NCBI GenBank assembly: GCA_037441675.1
Contig: JBBIRS010000007.1
Coordinates: 32,001 to 96,000 of the forward strand
Direction: 5' to 3'
Origin: Planctomycetales bacterium
GTDB taxonomy: Bacteria; 4484-113
DNA length: 64,000 bases
The position numbers were made by a program, and so were the translations under genes. Each line of letters starts with the position of its first letter. The stretch's first letter is position 1. Below are positions 54,565-64,000 of the stretch, in pieces. The notes under the pieces were generated by a model. It was given only the letters and a program-made list of their open reading frames with translations, searched no databases and was not told where the DNA came from.

Positions 54565-57225
54565 CTAGCGCGTATCGCCGACAGTTGCGGAAAGCTTCTC
54601 TTTGACCGCTGATTGTGCAGCGGCAACACGCGCAATTGGCACCCTAAAGGGAGAACAGCTGACATAGTCAAAGCGGTTTTTGTGGCAAAATTCAATTGAG
54701 CTGGGGTCACCGCCATGCTCGCCACATATTCCAACCTTTAAGTCCTTCCTAGTCCTTCTACCTAGCTTAACCGCCATTGACACAAGCTTGCCAACACCGG
54801 TCTGATCAAGTTCCTCAAAGGGGTTGGCTGGATAAATACCCATCTCCACATATAGGCGCAAGAATTTTTCTTCAGCATCATCTCTGGATATTCCAAGCGT
54901 CATTTGGGTTAAATCGTTGGTTCCGAAGCTGAAGAATTCAGCCACTTCAGCAATTTCATCAGCAGTGAGGGCGGCGCGCGGAACTTCAATCATAGTTCCG
55001 TAAAGGTATTCAATACGCTCACCCATTCTCTCGAAAACTCTCTTTGCAGTTTCGCGGGTGATTCTCTCCAACCTACGAAGCTCTTGCACGCTTCCAGCTA
55101 GGGGTATCATTATCTCTGGAAGAACTTGAATTCCTTCACGCTTAACTTCAATTGCCGCTTCAAGAATGGCTTCCACTTGCATTTCGCTGATTTCAGGATA
55201 GATCAGCCCCAAACGGCAACCGCGAAAACCGAGCATTGGGTTAACCTCCCGAAGGGCTCGCACGCGTTCTTTTAATAGATTCATCTGTTCATCTATGGCG
55301 TTACCCTTAACACTGCGAATCACTTTCTCCAGCTCAAGTTCATCCCCGGGAAGAAACTCGTGCAATGGGGGGTCAAGGAGACGAATAGTAACCGGGTAGC
55401 CGTGCATTTCTCTGAATAAACCCTTGAAGTCTTCAACCTGAAAGCTTTTAATCTTGGATAGGTGCTCCCTCCTCTCCTCTTCAGTTTCAGCAAGAATCAT
55501 CGCTTGCATAAAGGGTAGGCGCTCTTGCTCCATAAACATATGCTCCGTTCGTGCAAGTCCAATTCCTTCCGCGCCAAATTCATAGGCGCGCTTAGCATCA
55601 ATAGGATTATCCGCATTGGCGCGAACCTTTAGCTTCCGCAGTTCATCAGCCCAACTTAGAAATTTCATGAACTCATCAGTTAGACGAGGCTCCAAGAGCG
55701 GCATCGCGCCAATATAAACGTTTCCAGTTGTTCCATCAATTGTAAGTAAATCTCCCTCGTGAAGAAGATGCTCATTGCCATCAAAATGAACGGTTAGGTT
55801 TATCTGATCGATTCGCAATGTATAGCATCCCGCAACGCAAGGCTTGCCCATACCTCTAGCCACGACCGCCGCATGGGAAGTCATCCCACCGCGAGCTGTA
55901 AGAACACCTTGACTAACAGCAAGCCCGTGAATGTCATCTGGGGTTGTTTCTTCGCGGACTAAAATAACCCTCTCACCCATCGCCCCAAGTTTTTCCGCCT
56001 TATCAGGGTCAAGGACAATCTTGCCAACCGCTGCGCCGGGACTGGCATTGAGACCTTTCGCCACAGGTGAAGCCCCTTTTGCGTCAACCTGCTTGTGCAA
56101 AAGCTGGTTAATTGAGTTTGCATCAACCATTAGTATTGCCTGCGCTTTGTCGTAATAGCCCGCTTCACAGCTTTCAACCGCGATTCTTATCCCAGCTGCG
56201 CCCGTTCGCTTTCCTGCACGCGTCTGAAGAATGTAAAGCTTACCCTCCTCTATTGTAAATTCCACGTCTTGCATATCTTTATAGTGCTTGTCCAATCCAT
56301 TTATGTGGGCATATAGCTTTTGAGCAACTTCGGGCATTTCTTCCGCCAACTTCTCCAGTGGTTCAGGTGTCCTGATGCCTGCGACAACATCTTCGCCCTG
56401 CGCGTTCGTTAAGTACTCACCGTAAATCTTCCACTCTCCAGTGCTTGGGTTTCTGGAAAAGGCAACACCGGTCGCGCTCCTGTTTCCGAGATTGCCGAAA
56501 ACCATTGCCTGCACGATGCATGCGGTTCCGAGATTGTGTGAAATGCGATTGAGATTTCTGTAAGTGATTGCCCTTGGGCTATTCCAGCTTTTGAAAACAG
56601 CAGAGATAGCCATTTTCAGCTGTTCAAGCGGAACTTCTGGTATGCCTGAGGGCTTATGGCGCAAGACTATACTCTTGTAGTCGTCTATCAACCTCTCAAG
56701 CGCATTCTCGTTCAGCTCATAATCGTAACGCGCGCCGACGGCATTCTTTGCGCTCAAGAGTGCCTCCTCAAAATGCGAACTTTCTATTCCAAGAACTACA
56801 TCAGAGAAAATCTGGATGAATCGCCTATAAGAATCAAGGGCGAATCTACGGTTGTTCGTTCTTTTGGCTAGAGCTAGCACACTCTTTGAGTTGAGCCCTA
56901 AATTGAGAATTGTGTCCATCATTCCGGGCATTGAAAACTTCGCCCCAGAACGCACAGATACTAACAGTGGATTTTCTTCATCACCGAAGCTTCTGCCCAA
57001 GTCTTCCTCAAGCTTCTTTAGGTTTTCATAAACTTCATCAAGAATTTCTTGAGACAAGATCTCGCCATTTTCAAAAAATTCAAGGCAGGCAGAGGTTGTA
57101 ATAATAAAGCCAGGAGGAACGGGAAGACCTAATTCGGTCATACGCGCGAGGTTTGCGCCCTTTCCACCGAAAAGGTCTTTGTTATTTCCGTCAGCCTCTG
57201 AAAACTGAAAGACCCACTTAGCCAT
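54565..57225 (-). CDS. ppdK: Pyruvate, phosphate dikinase
   Basis: GGKGANL, SVRSGA, GGMTSHAAVVARG, GIGLARTEHMF, NPMLGFRGCR, GICGEHGG; ATG 57225 follows GGAGG. Confidence 0.98.
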   Translation of the reverse strand: MAKWVFQFSEADGNNKDLFGGKGANLARMTELGLPVPPGFIITTSACLEFFENGEILSQEILDEVYENLKKLEEDLGRSFGDEENPLLVSVRSGAKFSMPGMMDTILNLGLNSKSVLALAKRTNNRRFALDSYRRFIQIFSDVVLGIESSHFEEALLSAKNAVGARYDYELNENALERLIDDYKSIVLRHKPSGIPEVPLEQLKMAISAVFKSWNSPRAITYRNLNRISHNLGTACIVQAMVFGNLGNRSATGVAFSRNPSTGEWKIYGEYLTNAQGEDVVAGIRTPEPLEKLAEEMPEVAQKLYAHINGLDKHYKDMQDVEFTIEEGKLYILQTRAGKRTGAAGIRIAVESCEAGYYDKAQAILMVDANSINQLLHKQVDAKGASPVAKGLNASPGAAVGKIVLDPDKAEKLGAMGERVILVREETTPDDIHGLAVSQGVLTARGGMTSHAAVVARGMGKPCVAGCYTLRIDQINLTVHFDGNEHLLHEGDLLTIDGTTGNVYIGAMPLLEPRLTDEFMKFLSWADELRKLKVRANADNPIDAKRAYEFGAEGIGLARTEHMFMEQERLPFMQAMILAETEEERREHLSKIKSFQVEDFKGLFREMHGYPVTIRLLDPPLHEFLPGDELELEKVIRSVKGNAIDEQMNLLKERVRALREVNPMLGFRGCRLGLIYPEISEMQVEAILEAAIEVKREGIQVLPEIMIPLAGSVQELRRLERITRETAKRVFERMGERIEYLYGTMIEVPRAALTADEIAEVAEFFSFGTNDLTQMTLGISRDDAEEKFLRLYVEMGIYPANPFEELDQTGVGKLVSMAVKLGRRTRKDLKVGICGEHGGDPSSIEFCHKNRFDYVSCSPFRVPIARVAAAQSAVKEKLSATVGDTR

Positions 57226-57416
57226 TTGTGAAATTCCTCCCAAACTCTAGGCGTTTATTTCATTCTGAAGAGCGAATTTCAAAGAAGAATTATACTCCAG
57301 ATTTGAACTTTAAGGAAAGTATTCCTCACCTTATTCGCAAGTTTATTTTCTCAATTGCAAGTGGTGAGTTCTAGCTTCTTTTATAAAGATATTTCAGCGT
57401 GAACACGCGTTCATCA

Positions 57417-58271
57417 TCAATGTGGCACTGGTTTTGCGGTGGGAGCTAATTCGTGCGGGTTTTCACTTGAACTTGGATTGGTTAGCGGAGGCGCCTCAAG
57501 CGTAGGGTCTAGAATCTTGATATTGTGCTTCTCCTTCTCTTTTGATAGAAAAAGGTCAAAGCTGAATCGCTTTCGCTCTTGTATCATCTGCGCACGCAAT
57601 TCCTCCTTGCTCGGAAGAGCAACTTTCCCACCAGGATGATTTTCCATCATCCTACTTAGCTTCTCCATTTGCGCATCCAGCTCTTCCTCGCTAATCTGTG
57701 CGTCAACCTCCGTCGCTTCCACTAGTTTTTCACGAAGTAGCATCCTTCCCGCTACTTCCCGAAACTCGCTCAAAGTTAAACCAAGAGTGTTAGAAAGATC
57801 ATCTAGAAACTCCTTCTCAGATGAAAAAGGCTCCTTGGCGCGTTGAATAAACTCGTCCAGTTCAACCTCTGAAACGCTTAGGGCTTGTTCCTTGCCTATT
57901 TTCTCAAGGATGGGTTGCTCAATTAGGTCGTTAAGGGCAAGCCTTCTGAAGAACAGAATTTGATTTGGAGTTAGATTTTCCTCTGTTAGACCGCCGGCGC
58001 CAAGGTAGAACTTAACGTACTTATTCAATTCCTTCCCGAGTATCTCCTTTGAATCAACAATGGCAATCACCTTGTCTGGCTCAATGGGAGAGACACTAAC
58101 CTGAGAGGAAGTCCCATTAAAGGGAGGATGACCCCCTGGAAAAGATTTGCCAGAGGATACGCTATTACCCTTTTGCAAATATGCCCTTACCGCAAAACCT
58201 AGAATAGCGCCTAGAACTATCGCAAATATCAATAGAAGAAGCTCACGCTTTTGCCTTCGTGTCAATTTCAC
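57417..58271 (-). CDS. Membrane-anchored SurA N-terminal-domain-like chaperone
   Basis: N-terminal TM; VIAIVDSKEI, LNDLIEQ..L, VSEVELDE, ISEEEL; no parvulin motif. Confidence 0.7.
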   Translation of the reverse strand: MKLTRRQKRELLLLIFAIVLGAILGFAVRAYLQKGNSVSSGKSFPGGHPPFNGTSSQVSVSPIEPDKVIAIVDSKEILGKELNKYVKFYLGAGGLTEENLTPNQILFFRRLALNDLIEQPILEKIGKEQALSVSEVELDEFIQRAKEPFSSEKEFLDDLSNTLGLTLSEFREVAGRMLLREKLVEATEVDAQISEEELDAQMEKLSRMMENHPGGKVALPSKEELRAQMIQERKRFSFDLFLSKEKEKHNIKILDPTLEAPPLTNPSSSENPHELAPTAKPVPH

Positions 58272-58398
58272 AAACGTCCTTTGATAAACTTACACTCCTA
58301 TATCAGCTCTAATAATCTTACTCATTGATTAAGAGCTTAAAATCAAATGAAATCAAATTTCAGGTTTTTCTAACGCAAACTGCCAATACCTCAAACAA

Positions 58399-59364
58399 TT
58401 ACTTGTCACCGCCTTTGTTTTCACCTTGCTTAGCATTCTCGCCGTTCTCCTTCTTGTCTTTGGCAGAGGATCCTTCACCGTTATCCTTTGCTTTACTTCC
58501 CTTGGCATCCTTGCTAGCATTGCTTTTCTCTTCGGTTCCACTCTTTTTCTTCTCAGTTCCGCCCTCTTTCTTTTCAGTTGAAGATGCTTCTTTTTCGCCC
58601 TCTTTCACCTCTTTTTCTTTAGCACCTTTCTCAACCTCAGCTTTCTTAGCTGCCTCCGCCATTTCCTTCTCCGTTTCCAACTTCTTCAATATTGCCTTAC
58701 TTTTTTCAGCTTTTTCAGCCTCTATCCTTGCTCTTTCCTGTGGGGGGAGGAATAAGTAATCCACCTTTGATAACGTCATAATATCGTCCAGGTAAGTCTG
58801 ACCTTTAGCGTAAGCCTCGGAAGTGATTATGTAATCCACAACCCAGTCCTTTATATCCTCAAAGGACATCTTCTCAACTTCCGCATCTGTGAGCTTATGT
58901 TCGGTGGCATAAAGCCTACGGTAATATAGGGGGTTTTGCTCAAAACGAGCCTTCGCTTCTTCCTCCGAGACATTAACTCGTTTCTTTAGTAGACCTTCGT
59001 ACAAAGCCTCTATCCTGAACTGCTCCAGCAGGTTCTCCTCAGTAACATTTTGCATCTGCTTCCACCTCTCCCATGAGGGACCAGGCCCAATTTCGCTTAT
59101 CATATCATCCAGCCTCTTCTTGATTTCCTTCTCGTCAACGACAATATGTTCCTCTGCAGCCTTTTGTTTAATCACAACACGCATAACAAGCTGGTCAACA
59201 AACCTCTTGAACATTGGATTGTCAATCATATCCTTTAGGGTAATTGGTTGGCCGTTAACCTTCGCTATTACGTAGCTCTCAGGGGTAACAGCGCAACTCG
59301 CTATAGCGAATGCGAACATCAAGAGAACTAAAAGGATTGTCACATGGAAATTAACTGATTTCAT
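58399..59364 (-). CDS. SurA/PrsA-like lipoprotein with a K/E-rich low-complexity tail
   Basis: IASC lipobox; IAKVNGQPIT, VDEKEI, VSEEEAK; no parvulin motif. Confidence 0.72.
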   Translation of the reverse strand: MKSVNFHVTILLVLLMFAFAIASCAVTPESYVIAKVNGQPITLKDMIDNPMFKRFVDQLVMRVVIKQKAAEEHIVVDEKEIKKRLDDMISEIGPGPSWERWKQMQNVTEENLLEQFRIEALYEGLLKKRVNVSEEEAKARFEQNPLYYRRLYATEHKLTDAEVEKMSFEDIKDWVVDYIITSEAYAKGQTYLDDIMTLSKVDYLFLPPQERARIEAEKAEKSKAILKKLETEKEMAEAAKKAEVEKGAKEKEVKEGEKEASSTEKKEGGTEKKKSGTEEKSNASKDAKGSKAKDNGEGSSAKDKKENGENAKQGENKGGDK

Positions 59365-59599
59365 AATTCACTCCTAACCTTTTAATATTCAGATCATGAT
59401 ATTTTATCACTTAAGACGAGAGTTTTGGTTAAATTCATTAATTTGGCAAAATTAAATAGGATTGACGTGCTTCTTTGATTTACCGCAAAGTGTTTTAGAG
59501 GACTGTAGCGCTGAAAGATAATTTAATTATACGAAGATTTGCTCTGTGAATTCTGTGCTAGCTTAATCGGCAGCCTACTTAGCCTGTCTTTGGCGATTC

Positions 59600-60697
59600 T
59601 CAAGATGCAGGCGATTCAGGCGATTTAGGAGACTCTTCTGGGGTTTCGCCCTCGCCATGTTTTTGCTCGGAAGCTTCGCCACTGGTTTCCACAGCTCCCT
59701 TTTCAGCGCCTTCAGATTCAGTCTCAGCCTCTTCAGCTTTCTCTTCCGCTTTTTCCTCAGTAACTTCCTCTTCAGGTTGAGCTTGAACTTTTATAGCTAG
59801 AGTGGAAGGTTGCATAATTTGGGCTTCTAAGCTCCTTCCGAATTCCTTTAGGATATTCAAAAATTCCTCAAAATTTAAGGATTCAACGATGTAAAACTCA
59901 GGAATTTGGAACAACACTTCGGGTAAACGGTCGGTGGAGATACCACGAAGACCAAAAGTTAAAGTGAAAAGCTTTGACTCCATCTCCACCGATAATGGGA
60001 CTTTTAACCGCTTTTCCTTCAGAAAGCGAAGGGTAATACTGGACAGGTCGGCCACCTTGAGTAAATCGCGCAAGTCCTTTGGAATGGGAACTGTAACTTT
60101 TATCTCCCAGCCCGTTGCGGTGAGGTTTTCATACTTTCTCGATTTAATCTGCTTGGGCTTGGAGATAATCACGCCTTCCTTCTTTGCCTGCCTTCTCAAT
60201 TCTTCCCAATCAATATCCTTGCCGGTTATCGCCCGCACCATTTCCCTTAGAAATTCGTTTGGAAGTTCCAACAGGTATGCCCTCCGCAGTTTGTTATCTA
60301 TAAAGATGGGCTTTGAAGAACTACTTGGGCTAAAAAGGAAAGTAAAAACCTGAAAGGCAGGTTGAGTTGAGGTTTTTTGTTTTCCAGCAGATGGTGATTT
60401 CCTGAACTGCGTGGAAGTTTGTGGAAATGATGGAATGAGTAAATCAATTCGGTAAACTTTGTCCTGGTAATAGAGTTTTCCTCGGATCGGAATTGAGAAG
60501 GGAATTGATGATAACTCCGCCGAAGCCATCTGTTGAAACTCGGGGCTTACGCGAAAACCTAAGTATAAATTACCGTAGAGCGAATCTGCCCACGAAGGTG
60601 AAGCGGAAAGAGCGGGAAAAATTACGCCTCCAAGAAGCGCCATGATGAGAGGCTTACAAGATTTCAGAGCCTTTTTAACAGGTATCATAAGCGCCAA
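59600..60697 (-). CDS. Exported hypothetical protein with an acidic C-terminal tail
   Basis: Signal-like N-terminus, beta-rich core ending LFQIPEFY, E-rich tail; downstream of the secretin gene. Confidence 0.65.
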   Translation of the reverse strand: MALMIPVKKALKSCKPLIMALLGGVIFPALSASPSWADSLYGNLYLGFRVSPEFQQMASAELSSIPFSIPIRGKLYYQDKVYRIDLLIPSFPQTSTQFRKSPSAGKQKTSTQPAFQVFTFLFSPSSSSKPIFIDNKLRRAYLLELPNEFLREMVRAITGKDIDWEELRRQAKKEGVIISKPKQIKSRKYENLTATGWEIKVTVPIPKDLRDLLKVADLSSITLRFLKEKRLKVPLSVEMESKLFTLTFGLRGISTDRLPEVLFQIPEFYIVESLNFEEFLNILKEFGRSLEAQIMQPSTLAIKVQAQPEEEVTEEKAEEKAEEAETESEGAEKGAVETSGEASEQKHGEGETPEESPKSPESPAS

Positions 60698-60723
60698 GTT
60701 TTAGTTCAAGTTATCAGTTAAAG

Positions 60724-63471
60724 TTAATCCTCACGGATAACGGGGGTGACGAATACCATAATCTCAGTTCGCTCTCTATCTTTACTTCTGCTCGTGAAAA
60801 GCTTTTCAAAAAGCGGAACTTGCCCTAGAAGTGGCACTTTTCTAAGGGTTTCACGCTCCTTTTCATTTAGCATTCCAGCAATGACGAATGTTTCTTGGTT
60901 CTTCACCCTTATTGTGGTCATCACTTGACGACTCTGAGTCATCGGAGCCTGGGTCCCACTGCCCACATCCACAAACTCCACCAATGTTGACACCACTGGA
61001 TTTACATCCATTGTGATATAGCCATCTTTGTCAATCCTTGGTTTGAAGGAAAGCGTGACGCCGACGGGTTGGAAAGCAACTCTTGGAGGAGTAAATGTCG
61101 TGGGAGTCTCAACCGCAGGTCTGGTTATGTATGGCAAAAGTGTTCCAGCAAAGTAAATTGCTTGAGAGCCATCAACTGTGGAGATGTTGGGACGGGATAG
61201 TATTTGGGCTTCGCCAGATTCTATTACGGTCTTCAGCGTTAACAAAACATCAATGGGGGAACGGAAGAAGTCTTGGAACCAAAGTCCAAGAGCAATGTAA
61301 CCGGGAGTGCCTAGCGGTAACCATCTTGCACCCGGCTCGTTTGGGTCTTGTGGACGGGTGAGACCTTGCTCCTCCAGAATGTGCGTTTTTATTTCATCCT
61401 CTATTTCAAAACCAAGCCGTTTCAAGCCACTTTCGCTTATTTCCACAACCGTCGTTTCCAAAGTAACGACCTTGGGCTTCTTATCCAAATCACGAATAAT
61501 GCGGGAAATCTGCTCAAGCTTCTCCGGGGTTTCCGTTACAATCAAAACATTAGCTCTAGCGGTGGATAGGAAACCTGTTAATCTTCTAATATCACCCGCG
61601 CTTATTCCTCCTTCACCTTCAGTGAGCGCAGTGCTTCTATCATAATACTCGCTGGTTTTCTTCTCTCCATAGTAAACGGAGATGTTATTTTCGGAAACGA
61701 TGCCATTTTTAATAAGGATGTTCATCACGTCGGTTGCGTCGGCGTATTCAAGATTGAATGAACGGGTTTCAAATCCTCCCAAGCGGCGGCCAATATCTTC
61801 GCGTTGACCGACAATAATTGTTTTACCAACCAGACGATACATTATGCCCTTCGCTGAGGCTATCGCATTTAGCGCATCCCTTAATGGAGTATCCCTAAAG
61901 GAAACAGTGATAAGCATTGAACCAACGGAGTCATCAACAATTACGTTAAATGGAGTTGCTGAAACTAGAAGCGCAATGGCTTCCTTAAGTGGAGCTTCTG
62001 TGGTCTCGAAAGTAATTCGCTCACTCTCCAGCAGCTCTTCTTCAGGCGATAGTGGTAGCTCTAATGGGGACACGAGTTTGCCTGGCCTACGCTTTACATC
62101 CCACGGTCTCCCATCCACCATCGGGGGTGGTGGCGGTGCGGGAGGTGGATTGGTAAATATATGTGAAAATTCGCCCTCCGAGGCTTTTACTTCACCGCTC
62201 TCCTTACGCCTCACGGATTCTGGGATCCAGCGAGGCCTCGAATCTACCCCACTCTTCTCAGCCTCGATGCCTTCCTCTGCGAGCGATGATTGAAGCGATT
62301 CGCCTGCTTTGGTTTCTTCTGATGATATTTCAGACACAGGTGTATCACCAGCACTTTCAGAAATTACTAGCTCAGCAGGCATTGGTTCTTCAATCCCCTC
62401 CAGGTGAACCTTTTTCAGTGCTTCCTCAACCGGCGTTGGTTCACCTGATGCCGCAGGTTCGGTTGTTGATGCAGGTTTAGGCGTAGGCGCTGGTTCACTT
62501 GATGGCGCAGGTTGAGATTGTGGTGTTGGTTTAGTTGAACCCTTGACTTCCCAAGACCTCCTCTTAGTGCTTTGAGTGGACTTGCTTGAATCCTCAGCTT
62601 TAGCAGATTCCGTTTGCGGTTGCGAATCTATAGCTGAAGATCCTTCCGCTTTAGCATCCGCAATAGCACCTTCCGCACCTTCGTCTCGAGCCTTTTTCAA
62701 GAAGAAATCTTCATACTTACGGGCAACCCTTTCTGTGGTGATCGCTAAAATTTTGAAGCTCTTCCTTGAAGGTGTTTTCCCACTTTCGCCTTCGGGCTGT
62801 TCAATGGATGAACCTTCCGCAGTTTCACTCTCAGATTTCTCAAGTATCCGAGTAGGAATTAAGAATGAATCAATGCCCGTAGAGGCAACGGGGGGTAGCT
62901 CTGCCTTAACCTCAACCTTTCCTTCTTGGGATGAAACTTTCACTTCCGAAGAAGCTGGAATTGGATTGACCTTGTAGACTTTACCCGCTGGACTAATTTC
63001 AAGAAAGGAAAGCGGTGGATCCATAAAACCGAGTTGTATTTCAACTAAATCACTCTCCTCAGTTTCGTTTACCGTTGGAATATTGACAAGGACTGTGTTA
63101 CCCACTGGAGAAGCGGTTATCTTTAATGGAGTCGCTTTCTTGCCCAAAACTAGCACGAGTCTAGAGCCAGTTTCCGTCTGTTCCAAATAGAACGAATCCA
63201 CATAGTCGCGGTACTGCTCCGGAAATCTTTGCACAAGCTCATTGGGCGGCAGGAGAGAGCTGTAGTGGGGAAGAGCAAAGAAAACCTTCCATTCAGTAAA
63301 ATCAATCTCAGGTTCAACGGGGATGACTTTATCAAGTCCAAGCTCAATGGTGAGAGAGTTTGGATTGACCTTACTTCCTAATGAAGTAATTTCCTCCGCA
63401 TCAGCCACAACAACAAAGCTCAAAACCAACAACAATAAAATAAAACTTGACTTAGTTGAAACTAAGTTCAT
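60724..63471 (-). CDS. Type IV pilus / type II secretion secretin (PilQ/GspD family)
   Basis: Signal peptide; N0/N3 domains (FNLEYADA, IRDLDKKPKVV); secretin core ILSRPNIST..VGVTLSFKPRI..KVPLLGQVP..LF..EIMVFVTPVI. Confidence 0.92.
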   Translation of the reverse strand: MNLVSTKSSFILLLLVLSFVVVADAEEITSLGSKVNPNSLTIELGLDKVIPVEPEIDFTEWKVFFALPHYSSLLPPNELVQRFPEQYRDYVDSFYLEQTETGSRLVLVLGKKATPLKITASPVGNTVLVNIPTVNETEESDLVEIQLGFMDPPLSFLEISPAGKVYKVNPIPASSEVKVSSQEGKVEVKAELPPVASTGIDSFLIPTRILEKSESETAEGSSIEQPEGESGKTPSRKSFKILAITTERVARKYEDFFLKKARDEGAEGAIADAKAEGSSAIDSQPQTESAKAEDSSKSTQSTKRRSWEVKGSTKPTPQSQPAPSSEPAPTPKPASTTEPAASGEPTPVEEALKKVHLEGIEEPMPAELVISESAGDTPVSEISSEETKAGESLQSSLAEEGIEAEKSGVDSRPRWIPESVRRKESGEVKASEGEFSHIFTNPPPAPPPPPMVDGRPWDVKRRPGKLVSPLELPLSPEEELLESERITFETTEAPLKEAIALLVSATPFNVIVDDSVGSMLITVSFRDTPLRDALNAIASAKGIMYRLVGKTIIVGQREDIGRRLGGFETRSFNLEYADATDVMNILIKNGIVSENNISVYYGEKKTSEYYDRSTALTEGEGGISAGDIRRLTGFLSTARANVLIVTETPEKLEQISRIIRDLDKKPKVVTLETTVVEISESGLKRLGFEIEDEIKTHILEEQGLTRPQDPNEPGARWLPLGTPGYIALGLWFQDFFRSPIDVLLTLKTVIESGEAQILSRPNISTVDGSQAIYFAGTLLPYITRPAVETPTTFTPPRVAFQPVGVTLSFKPRIDKDGYITMDVNPVVSTLVEFVDVGSGTQAPMTQSRQVMTTIRVKNQETFVIAGMLNEKERETLRKVPLLGQVPLFEKLFTSRSKDRERTEIMVFVTPVIRED

Positions 63472-63998
63472 ACTGAACCCCCTGTTGACAGGTAAGTAAT
63501 CTTATTAGTTCTAGTGTCTAAAAGCTCTGCAGTGCCATTCTTAACTCCTAAGAAAATATAATCCTGGCCAACGAACCAACCTGGACGAGCCAAGAATTTT
63601 TCAGAAAGCGCGCCCTCTTGGTCAGTTGTGGCGAACAACGCGGTGGTGCTCTGGCTACCACTAGAGATACCTAATAGCACTATCTTTACGGTTGGCGCGA
63701 TAGGCTCTTCGGGCAGTGGCAATAAGGGGATTTCACCGCCTTCAGATGGAACAAGCGATGGCATCGGCGAAACCGTAGCACCAGTTTGACCCGTGGGCGA
63801 TACCTCCGTTGGCTCAGTTAGAAGCTTACCAAATGGAGGCTTGCCACTGGCGGTGGCGGGAGGTATAAAGGGATCTCTCTGGACTATAACGTTATTTTTT
63901 TCAAAAAACCTGGATTGCCAGAAACGCTCCTCTATATCACTTGCTACTAGAGAAGACTTTGGCCTCCTCACTTTTCCCAACTCCTTAGCCTCTTCTTT
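63468..63998 (-). CDS. PilP-like pilus assembly protein (probably 5'-truncated by the window edge)
   Basis: RDPF motif, Pro-rich linker and small beta domain; 4-nt overlap with the secretin start; frame is open to the window end. Confidence 0.55.
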   Translation of the reverse strand, partial: KEEAKELGKVRRPKSSLVASDIEERFWQSRFFEKNNVIVQRDPFIPPATASGKPPFGKLLTEPTEVSPTGQTGATVSPMPSLVPSEGGEIPLLPLPEEPIAPTVKIVLLGISSGSQSTTALFATTDQEGALSEKFLARPGWFVGQDYIFLGVKNGTAELLDTRTNKITYLSTGGSV

Positions 63999-64000
63999 AA

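Noticed and set aside
58325..58759. 144-aa S/F/L-rich ORF on plus (and similar antisense ORFs such as 5..547, 24927..25460, 29876..30493)
   Set aside because: Shadow frames opposite well-supported genes; their composition mirrors the codons of the real strand.
1..64000. Alternative genetic code or stop-codon recoding
   Set aside because: Recognised genes are full length under code 11 and end at TAA, TAG and TGA at the expected positions.

Overview
A gene-dense core-chromosome segment of a bacterium, with about 43 CDS and two tRNAs (Leu-CAA, Gly-GCC). The organism looks diderm (kdsA, secretin, SurA-like genes), while its gene order is Terrabacteria-like (smc-ftsY, plsX-fabH-fabD, guaB3-guaA-hpt, ruvX-yqeG). 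I saw no CRISPR array, integrase, transposase or prophage. The strongest oddities are: (1) two full-length class II (B12) ribonucleotide reductases of different subfamilies in tandem, apparently separately regulated; (2) a family-B DNA polymerase with intact polymerase motifs but substituted proofreading-exonuclease carboxylates, overlapping a V4R gene and a CocE/NonD gene; (3) a modular GTAG-type REP/REPIN-like repeat family in at least six intergenic regions, whose TTCAGGGTGAA core is expanded into a 14-bp tandem array upstream of rho; (4) recurrent -10 boxes 6-8 nt before start codons, suggesting leaderless mRNAs; (5) a probable pseudokinase-PP2C fusion. All product calls come from motif recognition by eye; no searches were run. 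I cannot establish that any of these is a previously undescribed system.
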